From Trichoplax adhaerens (lineage: Eukaryota; Animalia; Placozoa): a DNA stretch of 64,000 nt. The stretch spans positions 1,352,106-1,416,105 of the forward strand of contig NW_002060950.1 in the NCBI RefSeq assembly GCF_000150275.1, in the 5' to 3' direction. Positions within the stretch are counted from its first letter, which is position 1; each line of letters starts with the position of its first letter. Shown here piece by piece: positions 1 to 13,489 of this stretch. A program made the translations under genes and the position numbers. The notes below the pieces were generated by a model. That model saw only the letters and a program-made list of their open reading frames with translations, was not told where the DNA came from and ran no database searches.

Positions 1-270
1 ATAAGGTTCATTAGACAATAACAAAGAAGCAGCCATGAAACTCTAAACTAAATTAAATGGAGAAAATTTTAATTTCTTTAAATTGCTTCCTAGCGCGCAT
101 CGCCTGAGAATACTAACTTAACAATTTGCATGTTATCATGAGTTTAGAACATTATTTCAATAGAAGATACTCGTCTATGAAATTCCATAAACACCCTCAA
201 GTATATTTCGAGTTACAATACATCATGATGAACGTGGCTATAGAATTCGACCGCTAGTCATCCTTAGTAC

Positions 271-1395
271 TCAAAGATTACTGGTGCTAGCATCGGTCAT
301 TCCATCACGAAGAACATCGACTCGATTTTTTCGATCTATTATTGGCGTAGAATTAAGAAGATGTCGATGCCGACTTCGACTAGTGGGAAACTTTACAGAC
401 ACTGCACTAAGGCCACAACAACAGAACAGTTCGATATACGCTTTCCTAAATTGGCGATAAATGACTCCATAGAAAAATGGATTGATCGCACTGTTTACAT
501 TAACAAGGTACCCAACCATAAAAATAATATTATGTGAAACGTTGCCACCAGCTGGTGCGATAATAAATATAGTAAGAGCGTAAGGCAAATAACATGCAAG
601 GAAGATAACATAGACTGAAAACATGGCTCTTGTAATTTTAACTTCTTTTCTTCCTAAAGTATTCCCATTTGACCATTTTGCTCGTGCTTGTCGATTTCGA
701 TCATTTTCAGGGGTGTTTGCTACTGAGTAATCGACTGAATTGCCTATTGAAGGAATAACGTTGTTGGAATGCTCGATATGGAATCGATTAGCCATTCTTT
801 TAGCATTTCGAGCAATAACGATATAGATGACGATGTAACATAATCCAATTAATATCGACGGAATAATTGTGTCGGCAATTAAAGCGAACATGACATAACT
901 TGCACCGCTAACGGATAACCAATCAGGTAAGCAAGAAAATTCCAGTGGCTGAAAAATGTAACGATTCCAACCAAAAATTGGCATTAGAGAATCCAAAATA
1001 CTATAAATCCATATGCAACCAATAATAATTAAAACTACTTTCCTCGTAATCACCTTTCCATACGAATGGACGATAACCAAGTAACGACAAATTCCAGTAG
1101 CCAACAAAGTAAATATGGTTACTACATAGCAAATAGTTTGCATAAATCCATTAAAGCGGCATAACGGCTCACCAAATGTCCAGCCATTATTCAGCCAGCT
1201 CACGCCATTAAAAGTATCCCTAAATAGTCCATTTAACAAATCGATAATAGCCAAATTAAGGATAAAAAGATTGCTAGGAATGCGTAAAAGGGAACGATGC
1301 TTATGAAAAACATAGAGGACAATGCAGTTACTAATAACCGTAGCAATTGCTAATATTATATATGCCAAGCCACGAGCCAGTAAAATTGCAGGTGA
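271..1395 (-). CDS. Class A 7TM GPCR, opsin-related without retinal lysine (placopsin/melatonin-receptor-like), GPCR-1; 5' end lost in assembly gap
   Basis: 7 hydrophobic segments; TM1 SN, TM2 NLAIID, TM3 CRY, ECL2 PIFGWNRY..SC..DW, TM6 CYLP, TM7 NSAINPFFY. The track start at 1368 is TTG (Leu); the frame stays open (SPAILLARGL) up to the N-run at 1396. Confidence 0.93.
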   Translation of the reverse strand, partial: SPAILLARGLAYIILAIATVISNCIVLYVFHKHRSLLRIPSNLFILNLAIIDLLNGLFRDTFNGVSWLNNGWTFGEPLCRFNGFMQTICYVVTIFTLLATGICRYLVIVHSYGKVITRKVVLIIIGCIWIYSILDSLMPIFGWNRYIFQPLEFSCLPDWLSVSGASYVMFALIADTIIPSILIGLCYIVIYIVIARNAKRMANRFHIEHSNNVIPSIGNSVDYSVANTPENDRNRQARAKWSNGNTLGRKEVKITRAMFSVYVIFLACYLPYALTIFIIAPAGGNVSHNIIFMVGYLVNVNSAINPFFYGVIYRQFRKAYIELFCCCGLSAVSVKFPTSRSRHRHLLNSTPIIDRKNRVDVLRDGMTDASTSNL

Positions 1396-1445
1396 NNNNN
1401 NNNNNNNNNNNNNNNNNNNNNNNNNNNNNNNNNNNNNNNNNNNNN
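1396..1445. other. Assembly gap (50 N)
   Basis: Run of n. Confidence 0.99.
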
Positions 1446-2009
1446 GTAGCTGTAACTATAGACTGTAGTGGTAGAGACTCTATGCTAGAGTACAGATGAC
1501 TATATACAGTAAGCTGTTGAGTTACTAATATGGCTATAGGTAAAAATAGAACTGTAAATCATATATTAGGATATGGTTAATTCATTGTACTTTGGCTGGT
1601 GTGAATAATGTCTACGTAAGTACTGTAGTCGTATCCATATTAGATTAATGATGGTCCGCAGTAGAATAGTCTTACTAAGAATAATTTAACTATGTGTAAA
1701 ATAAGGTAAAAGGTTGCCATGCGGATTGTAGCTGCGAATGCTACGAAAAGTATAAAAGCATGCAACTTTAGATTATTCTGTTAGTTCGTTGTAGAAGTCT
1801 TTAGTAGTAGTATTCGGCTAGAGTAGAGCTGTGTAGTTAATCTTTGTATAAGATTCAATAAAGCCCTTATTTTTCTAAAATTTGGAATTTCGTGATTGGT
1901 TGTCACGGTACGAACTACAGTGAAGAAATAGCTATCTAAATTTGGTTAATATAGTATAGTGATATTATATTACAACTAGTTACTTACAATAGGAATTACT
2001 CTAATTATA

Positions 2010-2340
2010 AATGTGTTACAGTAAATTTATTGCTGTGCTGTAATATGTGCTGAAATGATTCTGTGAATGGACATATTGTAGTCCGACTGTGAAAAACTAG
2101 TTAGTAGATGTTCTCACCCAAGTGTTATTATAAGATGACTTGTGAATGTTAGCTGCTGTAGAAGGGTATATAAACCCGTCAGATAGTTGAATAAAGCAGT
2201 TCTCAATTGTATAGTTGTTTTAACGTAGAATCAAAGGCGTCTAAATTCTTGTAAGTAGGGATACTGAATCCCGGAGACTATAGTAATTTAGAGATTTGTT
2301 TTACGTTATACTTGTCACGAAGTTGGTTTGTGACATTGGT
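2010..2340 (+). repeat. Left arm of a diverged inverted duplication (partner about 6775-7225)
   Basis: gggatactgaatcccggagactatagtaatttagagatttgttttacgtta (about 2258-2308) is the near reverse complement of taacgtaaaacaaatctctaaattaatatagtctccaggattcagtatccc (about 6805-6855); homology continues on both sides. Confidence 0.85.
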
Positions 2341-5300
2341 ATATATCACAGCGGGCCATTACCTGACATTTTCTCTGAAGATAATATAGTTCAAACATAT
2401 ATATCTATTTTGAGTTCTACTCCGATAAAATTTTAAATTTCTAGACAAATTTAATCAAAATAAAAAATATATCTATAACCAGATACGTTGTAGCTTTATT
2501 AGATGTAGAGAATATTAATTTGTGGATTTTTAAGTTTACAGTATAGTCGTTTTCTATAAATTGCTCCATTTCATTCCTATCTGGTAAGGAAACTTAACCT
2601 AGGAACTAGAATAAACGTCTACAGTTGTACCATCCAAAAATATATAATTTCTTAAGCTGCTGATCTTTGCTACATTATTTAGCTGGAATTTGTCTATGCT
2701 ACATTTTAAAGAATAATGAGAACAAATTTAAAATCAGAAATTTTATTATCATATTTTAGTAATACTACTAACTAGTGAATGCTAATCTATAGCATTAAAT
2801 TGATACTAGCAGTACGTTAATCAAATACTGCTGAAAATGTAATAACATTAAAATTCCTACGGAACAAATCTGGCAATTTTTACGCTAAGATCTCATAATA
2901 ATAGTTTAATGTAGTGCATATGATCCAGTAAGCTATCATTTTTGGCTTAAAAATGTTATTACAATCGGCTAAGATAAAAAGTCAAGCATTATACTACAAC
3001 GGAATAGGAACGTAATTTCTTTTCATCATTTTTTTAGCGTATGCAAACTCTATAAATTAATCATAATTTGAACGTGATTATATAATTATACTTATGTATA
3101 ATCTTACCATTATACAATATTGCAATAAAATTAAAATGAAATATTAAATTAGAAAAGATTTTAACGCTATACTCGGGAGACACAATTCAAAATGAGAAGA
3201 AATATTGATATTTTATTTGGTCTTACTTGCAGTAGACTTTAAATTTGCAATTAAGGTAAAATTGTTGATTAAATCTTTTCCTGTTATTATTGCTTCGAAT
3301 AAAAAAATAGTTTAAATTTATGCTTTAAAAGACAGAAAGGAGAAATACTGGTCGAAAATTCTTCTACAAAAGAAAGCTAATGCTTTGTAAATCAAACAGT
3401 ATTTGATTGTGAGAGGGAGCAGATGTCACATTGTGAGTGAAATAAAACTTTTGATTAAGCCTATGACGAAGACAATGATTGACTTTTTATAATTGGCGCT
3501 AAATTAGTGATTCTAGTAGACAGTATTTTATCTATTTATTAGATAATAATATATTGAATAAAAAGGTAAAATACTAATAGGAATTAAATGTTAATATTGT
3601 AATAATAAATAGATCCTAAGAGTAAATTATATTAACAAATGAAAGACTGCGTACTTTCTAAAGATGAAAGTAGACAGATCACTACTCTGTTTGACAAGAT
3701 AAAAACCTCACATTTGACGTTAATATTCAAAAATACTTTACGATATATTTCCTTTCCATAATTGACAGACAATAACGTTATCTTTTCGTTAATTCTTTAT
3801 CCTTTGCATCAACAAATTACGAAATCTGCAAAATATCAAATTAAAAATACGACAAATCGTCCAAAATCAGATCACATTGAAACGTTATATGGGGAATTTA
3901 CGATGCCTGATGTCTTGGAAGAAATAAGCCTAAACAAGATTAGAGATAATATGCAAAGATGATCTTTCATCATCATAATAATACAAAAGTAAAAGTCTGG
4001 GAAGAAATAATATTCCTGTACGTAGTACTACATCAATTATTGGATGAATTGATTATTGCAGTATACTTCCAAACTGATATTTGTTGATTATACAAACCCA
4101 ACATTAGAGAACGTTCATTCAATAAGTCAACTGATAATCTAGCATAATCTGAAGAGCTGCAGTTTTATCGCTATAGATAAATAGATGGAAAGGTTAATTT
4201 ATCGTTAGAGCATAGCATTAGTGTATATGAGTTAATTAGCTAAGACTAACATAAAATTTGAATTAACAGAACTTCCAACAGGATTTCATATTCTATTAAT
4301 TATTAGAGCAAATCTGTGAAATACACACTAAACTTGGGAACATCAACGATGTTTAAAGTACCTCATAAATAAAGTAGCATATTCACAGTTAGTAACCTAA
4401 TTATTATTAGACATACGACGACGTAAGAGAATTTTCATATTTGTTTTATTTTTCTCGAGAAATAACCGTTCACAAGGTCCCATTTAGTTATATATAGATA
4501 TTATTATTAAGAAAAGTAATAATCTAGTTATAATTAGTCTTTAGCTTTTCATATTAACATATTCACATTACCATCAAAACTTTCATAATAGCAATAATTG
4601 ATGACGTTATATTTCCGATAAAAATTTTTGGTATTCGATTCAACTCTGATCTAGCCGATTAATTAGGTAATTGTACTAGATATGAAATTATGAAATGATT
4701 GAAGGTAATCTAACACCATCTCAGCAACGAATGCCTGACAAAATCAAAGTTGCCATTTTATTACTAATCTCGCAATATGAACAGATAAATATCACAGATC
4801 GACCAGCAGATTTTGGAATGACAATTCCTCTAGAATATAAAAGGATTGAATCACTTGCTCATGAAGATATATTATATCCTGCAGATATTTCTCTCTAAAA
4901 ATTCTTAACTTTTATAAGCCTTTATATATTTTTTATTCATAATTTTGATGGCAAACAGTAGCCTATCTAAGAAATTAGTCAATTGCCTATTTTAGGTTGT
5001 ATTCAGTTATAAATTTTAAAACTAACTGTAACTGATTCAGTGCAAAAGAATGCTGTTGAGTGATGATAGAAATCTTCTTTAATTAACGTAAGCCTTATGA
5101 ATATTAACGGTACTTCGATTCAGTATATTAAAATTAACGAAACTGGATATTCAAAATGACTTATGAAAGCTAGTTTTAAAATTGAAATATGCCTATGGTT
5201 TGAATAGATGAACATCTTCGTTGACGTCAAATTTAGCGCATTAAAAGGATGAGCATACAAGCTTTTCCCTAACAATGGCTTGATAGAATTTTATAATCTG

Positions 5301-5988
5301 TAATAAATTCATGACGCCAAGTTCAATTTATTCTGACTCTTGAATAACTTTAGTTTTGTGCATTCTTAGCGTCAATAGATTAGAAATGTGGTCACCAGTG
5401 AACCATCTAAGTTTATTATGTTATTTTACTAATTCACTCTTTTAGCCTATACTTTTAAGGATGTATCTCCTTAGAATATTAAAATTTCTTGTAATTGAAT
5501 CATTTATTCGTTACATAGTGGTTAAAGTGATAATGGAGAACATTAAATGATGCATTTGGAAAGATTCTGCACGATGTGAAACAATTTAACATTTCTATTG
5601 TCATTACCTAAAAAGTAAAAGTACAAATGCTGATTTTAAAGCTTTAGTTAAAAGGTAAGTATTGATCAAGGTCATTTACTATACTATTGATTAAGGGTAG
5701 TATGTTTTATGGAGATATTATCGCAATGTATAAAGTTGTTGGAGCCATTTTTGGAGGTAGATATAATTACTACAATTCCAAAATATTTTTAGAAAGTACC
5801 GCAATTATAATATTCCACATTGTTATAAAAAGATTCAGGAAATTTATTTGTTAAGAATAATGATAATTTAACAATTACCTTGGTTATGTTTGCCACAAAA
5901 GCAAATAATGCAATAATATGCTATATTGATTTAATTAATGTGAATGAAAAATTCTAGAATAAATAATAGTCTTATTTCGATGGATATT

Positions 5989-6647
5989 TTGATTAATGCT
6001 TCATAAAAATAATGATTCTCTTCAACAAATACAGTTTCTAAATGAATTCTATAGTGCAAAGAATTTCCCTGTCTTCATCAATTTAGCCGTATATTTCAAT
6101 TTTGGAAGTAAATTCTGACTATTCGGAAAATAAATTTTATATTAAAATTAGTGTATCTGGAATTGTCTAGATCACTCTCCGTTCAATTCAGTTTTCTACA
6201 GCTCTGCAGTCCAAATAAGCTCGTGCTGTGCTAAAATTAATTTATTTGATCGTAATGATCTAGTACGGTGAAAAATTCTGGATAAACAATGTTTCATTGC
6301 ATTCGACTTTACATAGCTACTACAAGTGAGCTAGTACTATTTCATAATAATACAATATGCAACTAATTAGGAGTGAAAATACGACTTATAAGATGCAATC
6401 CGATTTTATTTATTGCTTTACACAGCAATGTATTGATCGTCTCTACAATCGAAGCATCTGTTCTGGCATTTGGAATCACTTTGATTAATGCTAAATAAAA
6501 ATAACCATTCTCTCCGACAAATGTAGTTTATAAATGAAATCTTTACTGCATAGAAATAGCCCGACTTTTATTATCAATCTAGCAGCATATTTCAGTTTTG
6601 GGATGTAAATTCTGAACGATTGCATAAGAAAGTTTTATGTAATATTT
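5989..6647 (+). repeat. Diverged direct duplication of about 160 bp (5989-6150 and 6481-6647)
   Basis: Both copies start ttgattaatgct..ataaaaataa..attctct and share atatttca.ttttgg and gtaaattctga. Confidence 0.8.
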
Positions 6648-6774
6648 AATATTTTACTAACTTTAGTAACACTGCAGTTGACTGCTTCAGTAACTTTGCC
6701 ATTAAGTTGATTAATAAAGTGAGATTACATGCAAAATACTGTCATATCTGTAATAAAAATATCTCATAATAGCG

Positions 6775-7225
6775 GCCAATCACAAACCAGCTTCGTGATA
6801 AAGATAACGTAAAACAAATCTCTAAATTAATATAGTCTCCAGGATTCAGTATCCCTTAATTGTTTCACAAGAATTTAGATGGCTTTGCTTCTACGGTAAA
6901 AAAGTATAGAACTCCTCTTTCATTCAAGTATCTGCCGAGCTTAAATACCCTTCGGCAGCAGCTATCATATATGAGTCATAACAGTTCATGTAATTTAATT
7001 CATATAGGATAGCTAAACTAATACAAAAATTATTTATAATCTTAGACATATACGGAACGATTCTAGATAATTAGCTTATAGTATGTCCATACACAGAATT
7101 ATTCATAGTATCATCTGCAGGATATTCACCACAAGCGTTGCACGATGTAACACTATAATTAATTAACATTAGTTACCGTATAAGAACTCTTATTACAGTA
7201 CAGCATAATTTACTGCAACGAAATG
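6775..7225 (-). repeat. Right arm of the inverted duplication (partner about 2010-2340)
   Basis: Reverse complement aligns by eye to 2010-2340 with indels. Confidence 0.8.
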
Positions 7226-10200
7226 ATAACTACCGTAATTCTTAGTGAAAGTCACTATTAGTTATCTCCCTATGTAAATATTAACCACCAAAATAGAGCA
7301 TCATTATCTTCTACAATCTAAATCATTCTACTTAAAATATTACTAATCTTCTATTAACGTCCAGCTCCTTTCGGAGTTGGGCATCTTCACAATTACAGTG
7401 TTTCTAGTCACATAAATCTTGTACCATAATTAGTCAACAATCTAATATTGGTCATCAACAATTTCTAATATCGTAGTGGTTAATCAACTTATATTAGCTT
7501 CACCATGATATCTATTCTTAGTAACCAAACTATATCAAATATAGCTATTCTTACAATCAAATACGAGGTGCATCTCTATAATATCTTTAAGCTATTCTTT
7601 AGCCATGTAAAACTTTGATTGTTTAATTATGCAGTTTTTGCCATAAGATACGGGGCCGTCTATGATAATGCGTAATTATAATAGAAATATTCTCAGGGCC
7701 TGTTCGAGGTAGAATATTTCTTGCCACAAAAATTCACACGCAGACTTTGACATTTTTGTAAAATTATACGCCATAATGTGCATTTCTTTCTATTTCAAAT
7801 AAAAATGTTGTGCAGTGAGAATCATATTTTTCAAATATTTCTATCACATAAAAGAGATTTCATCATAATATACAGTAGGCATGATTCTATCTTTATTCAC
7901 TGTTAATAAATAGCTCAAATATAAATATCAAAATATTGTATGGCAATAAGGCATATTATTGTTGTAAATCAGTTTTGTAACAAGGGCCGCGTGAACAAAT
8001 CTCAGAGTTTTTTCAGTTCTTGGACACTACTATCTCGCAACTCTTCAAAAGAACTAGTTGTTTTCTACATTATGGAACTAAAGAAGTAATTTTATTGAAC
8101 AATCTGCTGTGCTTATAATCCGTTACGAAGACGTCATAAGTGATAACATGAATGCTTCATCTGAACTTTCTAACGGAATAAATTTTATTCGCAGACCAAA
8201 GTAAAATAATAATATTGATAGACATTTATTGATTAATTCTACTGTAGATAGCCAGACTGTAGAACGTTCATTCACAGTTTATTCATAAAATTGCTTTTAT
8301 TTATACTTTACCAAATTACAAGCACAGTGATTCCTACTACGAATATTTTAATTTTAATCATCATGTAAGAATGTTCAATTCACTAAATTTTACTAATAAT
8401 TCTTTACAATGATTCGCATTATCACAATTATTTTAATTTGTGGAAGCAATTTCTCTGTCAGTTCGTAGTAGTTATATTATTTATAACATTTAATGGAAAA
8501 CAGGGTCCTAAATATGGTTGTTATCTGTACGACGAATATAATTTCGAAACCAAATGAATTTACCAGCAATTTTCTGCTATCCTTATATTTATTGCTTAAT
8601 ATACAAAATTAAGGGTTATTAGCCTAGAATGTTAAGATTTTTAATTCATGGTCATAATTATTTGATTTTTATGTAGACTTTAAATGTTTTAGTAAGATTT
8701 TTTAAGTAATCAGAACAGTGGCGAAGATTTTGTTTAACCTTTCATAGTCTTTTATAGCCGTTAGTACTTTCAAAGTTACGATGATTCCTAAAATAGTTAC
8801 AATTGATCAAATATCGATATTCCTAAAACAGTGATTAACTATGTGAGAAATTTCATGTTGGCTTTCCACACCTATTACCGCTTCGTCCTCATTATACTTG
8901 AGAATCTATAAATAATAAAATTCTGAACATTTGTTTATCCGTGTATATTTATATGCAATTCACAATCTGTGCTATACCAGAACAATTTACTAGGTACATT
9001 CAATTGTTATCACATAAATTATTTCCTTGATATACCTTGACTATGCCGAAACTATCCATTACCGAATAAAAAATAGATATCACTATGATGGCATAAGTGG
9101 TAAAGAAAATAGATAGAGAATTACCTATTTCACAGACATATAGAAATACCTCAACTTTCTTTACGCCCGCCAATCTTGATTTGTATGAGACGATGCGTAC
9201 AAGTATCATCATGCGAAAATCTTCTACAGGAAATATGGTAGTATAGAATTAAAATTACAAAAGTAAATTGTTTGTATGATTTGACTTCGATATATAAATA
9301 AATTAAGCTAGAAATAGCAATATCTTCTTCATTCTCGGAAACTTTAATTTAAATTATCAGTTCAATGCTTAACTTCAACGCTATTCTTGTGAGAAATCAT
9401 GGATATGTGACATAAGCCATTGAAATTGCGTGCAAACTATCTGAGTAGGTGATTTTAAATTTTATTCCTTGTGATGATGATAAATAAAATGCTTTAAAAT
9501 GCGCGCTTTAGATACGCCCGTTACTTTGAAATATCGATTTTGAACAGATTTATTAGACTACTCTCACAAATAATTACTTTGGAAATTCAATTCAAAGTTT
9601 CAATTAAGCAATAAATTATTTTATCAATCACATCTACGATTGCTGTCTTTAAATTTGCTACCAATTTGCGAGCATTATCTAATTAATTCAGTTTTGACTC
9701 ATTTATAACGAATACCATATTTAAAATTAAAAACTCCAATGTTGCTAAAATCAGAAAGAATTGCATCTGGACTGTATCGTGAGAAGAACTTTCAGGATTA
9801 ATTATTTTTCTATGAGTTATTAATATTGGCTACTATTCCAATGTAATACAATAGTTATGATAATTTTGTAATTTGCTTAGTTTAACTACCTAAAATTGCA
9901 TTAATAAGTCTCTACTACAGTTTACATAGCAGAAACAGTAATATCGTAGTATAAAAGTTCAAGCTACAAAAACATATAACTTACATGAGTTAAGGGAAGT
10001 GACGCGATACTTTAATAAATAGATTTTTTTATATCTTTAAAGAATGTATCAAAATTAATATTGTTTAGTGTTGAACTTCTAATATAGCTCTAGAATGTAG
10101 TTAGCAATTCCGTATTATTTTTTACCGTTAGTTGCATGCAAAGTCGGTGACTACACAGTACATAATAACCAAAACAGCCAGCACCATACAAAAATGAAGC

Positions 10201-13200
10201 ACGTTACTTCAAGACAACATACAATATGCAAAACATCTTCAGTATGGACACTCAAATAAATAATGAGCATGTGATAAAATAAAATTATGCGCTAATATTG
10301 ATCGCTTAAACACTTCTGTGTTTATTGTGTTCTATCAGCGATCAATCCATGATTACTTACTTAGTTTTATGATGGTAAAATCATAAAAATGACTAAGGCA
10401 AAAGCATTCGAAAATTACCAAAACAATTTATTTTTTATGTCAATATTTTTGTTGAGAACCTTGTTAACTGTTGTTGTATTCGTCACTCACATACAATTAA
10501 AGATTATTAACAAATGCAATGATAAGAGTTCTATATAATCTGCAGATATCATCTAATACTGAACCTGTAATAACTGCGATAGTAGAATTAGGAATGAAAG
10601 AGGCAACTACGTGATTTTTTATAATTTAGAAAATATTCTACGTGTTTAATTCAATATCTTATTATCAATGTAATGTTAGACCCTTATCAATATCCTGTAG
10701 TACTATGATTAGTTTATATCTACGTTTACTGTATGTTTTGATGCTATTGTTGATAGCTGCTATGGCTGCTAGGCGTCTACGGAGGATATAAATCTGAGGT
10801 ATTTTAGCACTTCAGTAAAAATGAATGTTTACCATATTTTTATTCAATGAATTTAAAAATTGTGACCGAAAAAATATTACGGGAGATAACATATATTTCT
10901 TATTTTTATTGAGTAGTACAATATTAACATTACTAAGTTTAGGTACATATCAGTGCTGACAGAAATGTAATCGATAAGTTAGTTTGTCCATTATATCAGT
11001 ATACGGTTTTTATATTGGATTGATTAGTGAAGTACACATTTAATGGAAAATAGTATAAATCTAACGTTCAGTGCTTTCTATTCATTAAATTGTGTAACTT
11101 AGTACACAACAGCCCACAAGCAAAATAGTGACTAGTTTATCTTTAATTATATATACGATCATACATATCTATTTATAATTCACTAAAAACATTATCTTTA
11201 AATTTAAAATCGAAAGGTATTCGTTGGTGATTTGTATCATGACACTCTAGGCCTTCGGTGCGGATATGGAGTGTCCTTAGAACTGTTGAATTGCTCTAGC
11301 ATAAAGTTTTTATCTACCAGATCTTGTTATGCTTCTTGTATCTCAGATCGATTCTAAATCTAGCATCAAACTGGTTCCCAAATCGATTTTGATTTTAAAT
11401 GTTGTGCAGTTTGAAGGTAGTTATTATAGCTTTCTTTATTATTTATATTGTTTGTATAAGCATTTGGAGAAAATAATATTCAAAATTAGCGAAATTTTCT
11501 TAATATTATCAGTTATAGCATTCATGTATGGGGAATCAAGTTAGGCATACGCGTATATTCTATACTATAATGCAATATTTGCAGCAGGTGGAGATTTAAT
11601 CCAACCGAGGTTATTGCTTGCAATGAAATTAAACTTCTAAAATTTTAGCTTATAAAATACTCGCAATTACTAATAGATATAATATGGAGACAGTTTCTCC
11701 AAGGAATACATGAGAAGAAAGATACAATAAATTATCTACGAGATAAATATCAAATAATATAATATCAAAAACTACTAACTGCTTGTCAGTAGGAAGTTTA
11801 GCTATGGCTGAGAAAATTTTGTTCACGTACTAAAATTTTACTGCCCATTTTAAAAGGACCATCTTCCATGAAATGTATTGGAGATATTGCATGAGCAAGG
11901 AATCATGTTGGTACTTGGTGCGCAAAATAAGATTTTTACTCATGAATCTGCTACAAATTACGAACTCTTGAATTCTACTATTAAGTAACATCAAAGTCAT
12001 CATTCCTTACAGCAAACGGTTGACATCATTTAATGGAATTAATCTTCGCTAAGCAATGTAAATTATTTCATATTGCTGTTTCATTTCCTTGCCTAATTAG
12101 CTGTAGTCTGTGCAATTTATTCAATGGCTAAGGTTGTAACTTAAATTATTTACTCTTCAAGAAGCAGTTATTTAATGCTCAGGACTCTGGCTTTCATTAT
12201 TTGTAGCCGATAAAAATCGAATTAATCAAAATTGTTAACAAGCAAAATAGCGCGGGCTAATTGCTTTAGATCGGTGCTTGCGGATACGATCGGTGTCTTC
12301 ATAACAATACTGACATTAGGTCCTTATTTCTATAGTATGTCTAGATAATTAAAAGGATAAAAAATTTGCTACATTATGTGTGTGTTTGATATCATCTTTA
12401 TAGAGTAGCATGTGTATTAACCATAATACCGTACTTTGAATCCTCTTATGTCTAGTAAGTATAAAGGAAATTAGAGCAATGGATCTATTAGTAAGTTATT
12501 ACCGTTTATGGGTACCGAAATCGAAAAAATATGTTTCTGAACATAGTAAATATCTGCTGCAAGGAATAGTCCTGACTCTATAAATTTCCAATTATACCTA
12601 AGGTGCTAATAGCACAGCGAACTGCTTATTAAAAATTATTAAGTGTTATCGTAAATGGCTACAAATAATGAACTTAATTTCATAAAAGAACCTTTACTTT
12701 ACTGCCTTATCTTTAATTTACTCTCACACCGATAAGGCATGTATCAGAGAAATTATAGATTTCTTTCTCTAAATAAAGAAAGTCGGAGAAATTGGTAAAT
12801 TACTGGAAATTAAGTTTCTTTTTTATTGCAGTCATTATTGCGAATGGAATTTACTCGTATTTATCATAATTATAACCGTATTTTTATTCTAATAAATACA
12901 ATTGAACCTTCAGGAACATTAATTAAATTTTAAGAGCTTCTGAAGGAATATTATTTGCTTTAAAATCCTAGAATACCCAAAAACTTTTATGATGTACCGT
13001 GCTAATATCAAACAATAACAGTGTTAAGGATATTTTCCAGAAGCAATTACATCATAAAACCCTGTGTATAGCGTAGCAGTTTATCAGTTATTCTTGAAAT
13101 TATCGATATTTTGTTCCTCTTTAAAGTAAAGTTTTTCAAATCTATATTTACCCATAGAATAGTGAAAATAACTATCCTGCAAACAGAATTTGATTTCTTG

Positions 13201-13489
13201 GTTTAAAAATTCGAATAATTTTCAAAACTCTATTCTGATACACAATATGCCAAAATTAAATTAGATTTAACATTAAATTCTAATTGCTAAAATCGACTAT
13301 CAATGTCTTACTTTTGATTGGCAATCAAAATAATGAGTTAAACAATAAATGTTAGCAACAACAATGTTAAGAACTTTTTATAACCATCGCGTAAAAATTC
13401 CATTAGCTATTAAGAGATATTGCAAATCTAAAAAGGCATGTAATGAAAACGCAACTATTTGAATTATCTGTAGCAACTGCACTAGTACT

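Noticed and set aside
7361-7380. Small hairpin ccagctcc-tttc-ggagttgg (Helitron end or histone-like stem-loop)
   Set aside because: No closely following CTRR end, no histone gene, and short enough to arise by chance
3762-11544. Short ORFs of 66-71 aa (3762, 4695, 9000, 11329)
   Set aside because: No recognisable motifs; expected by chance in AT-rich DNA
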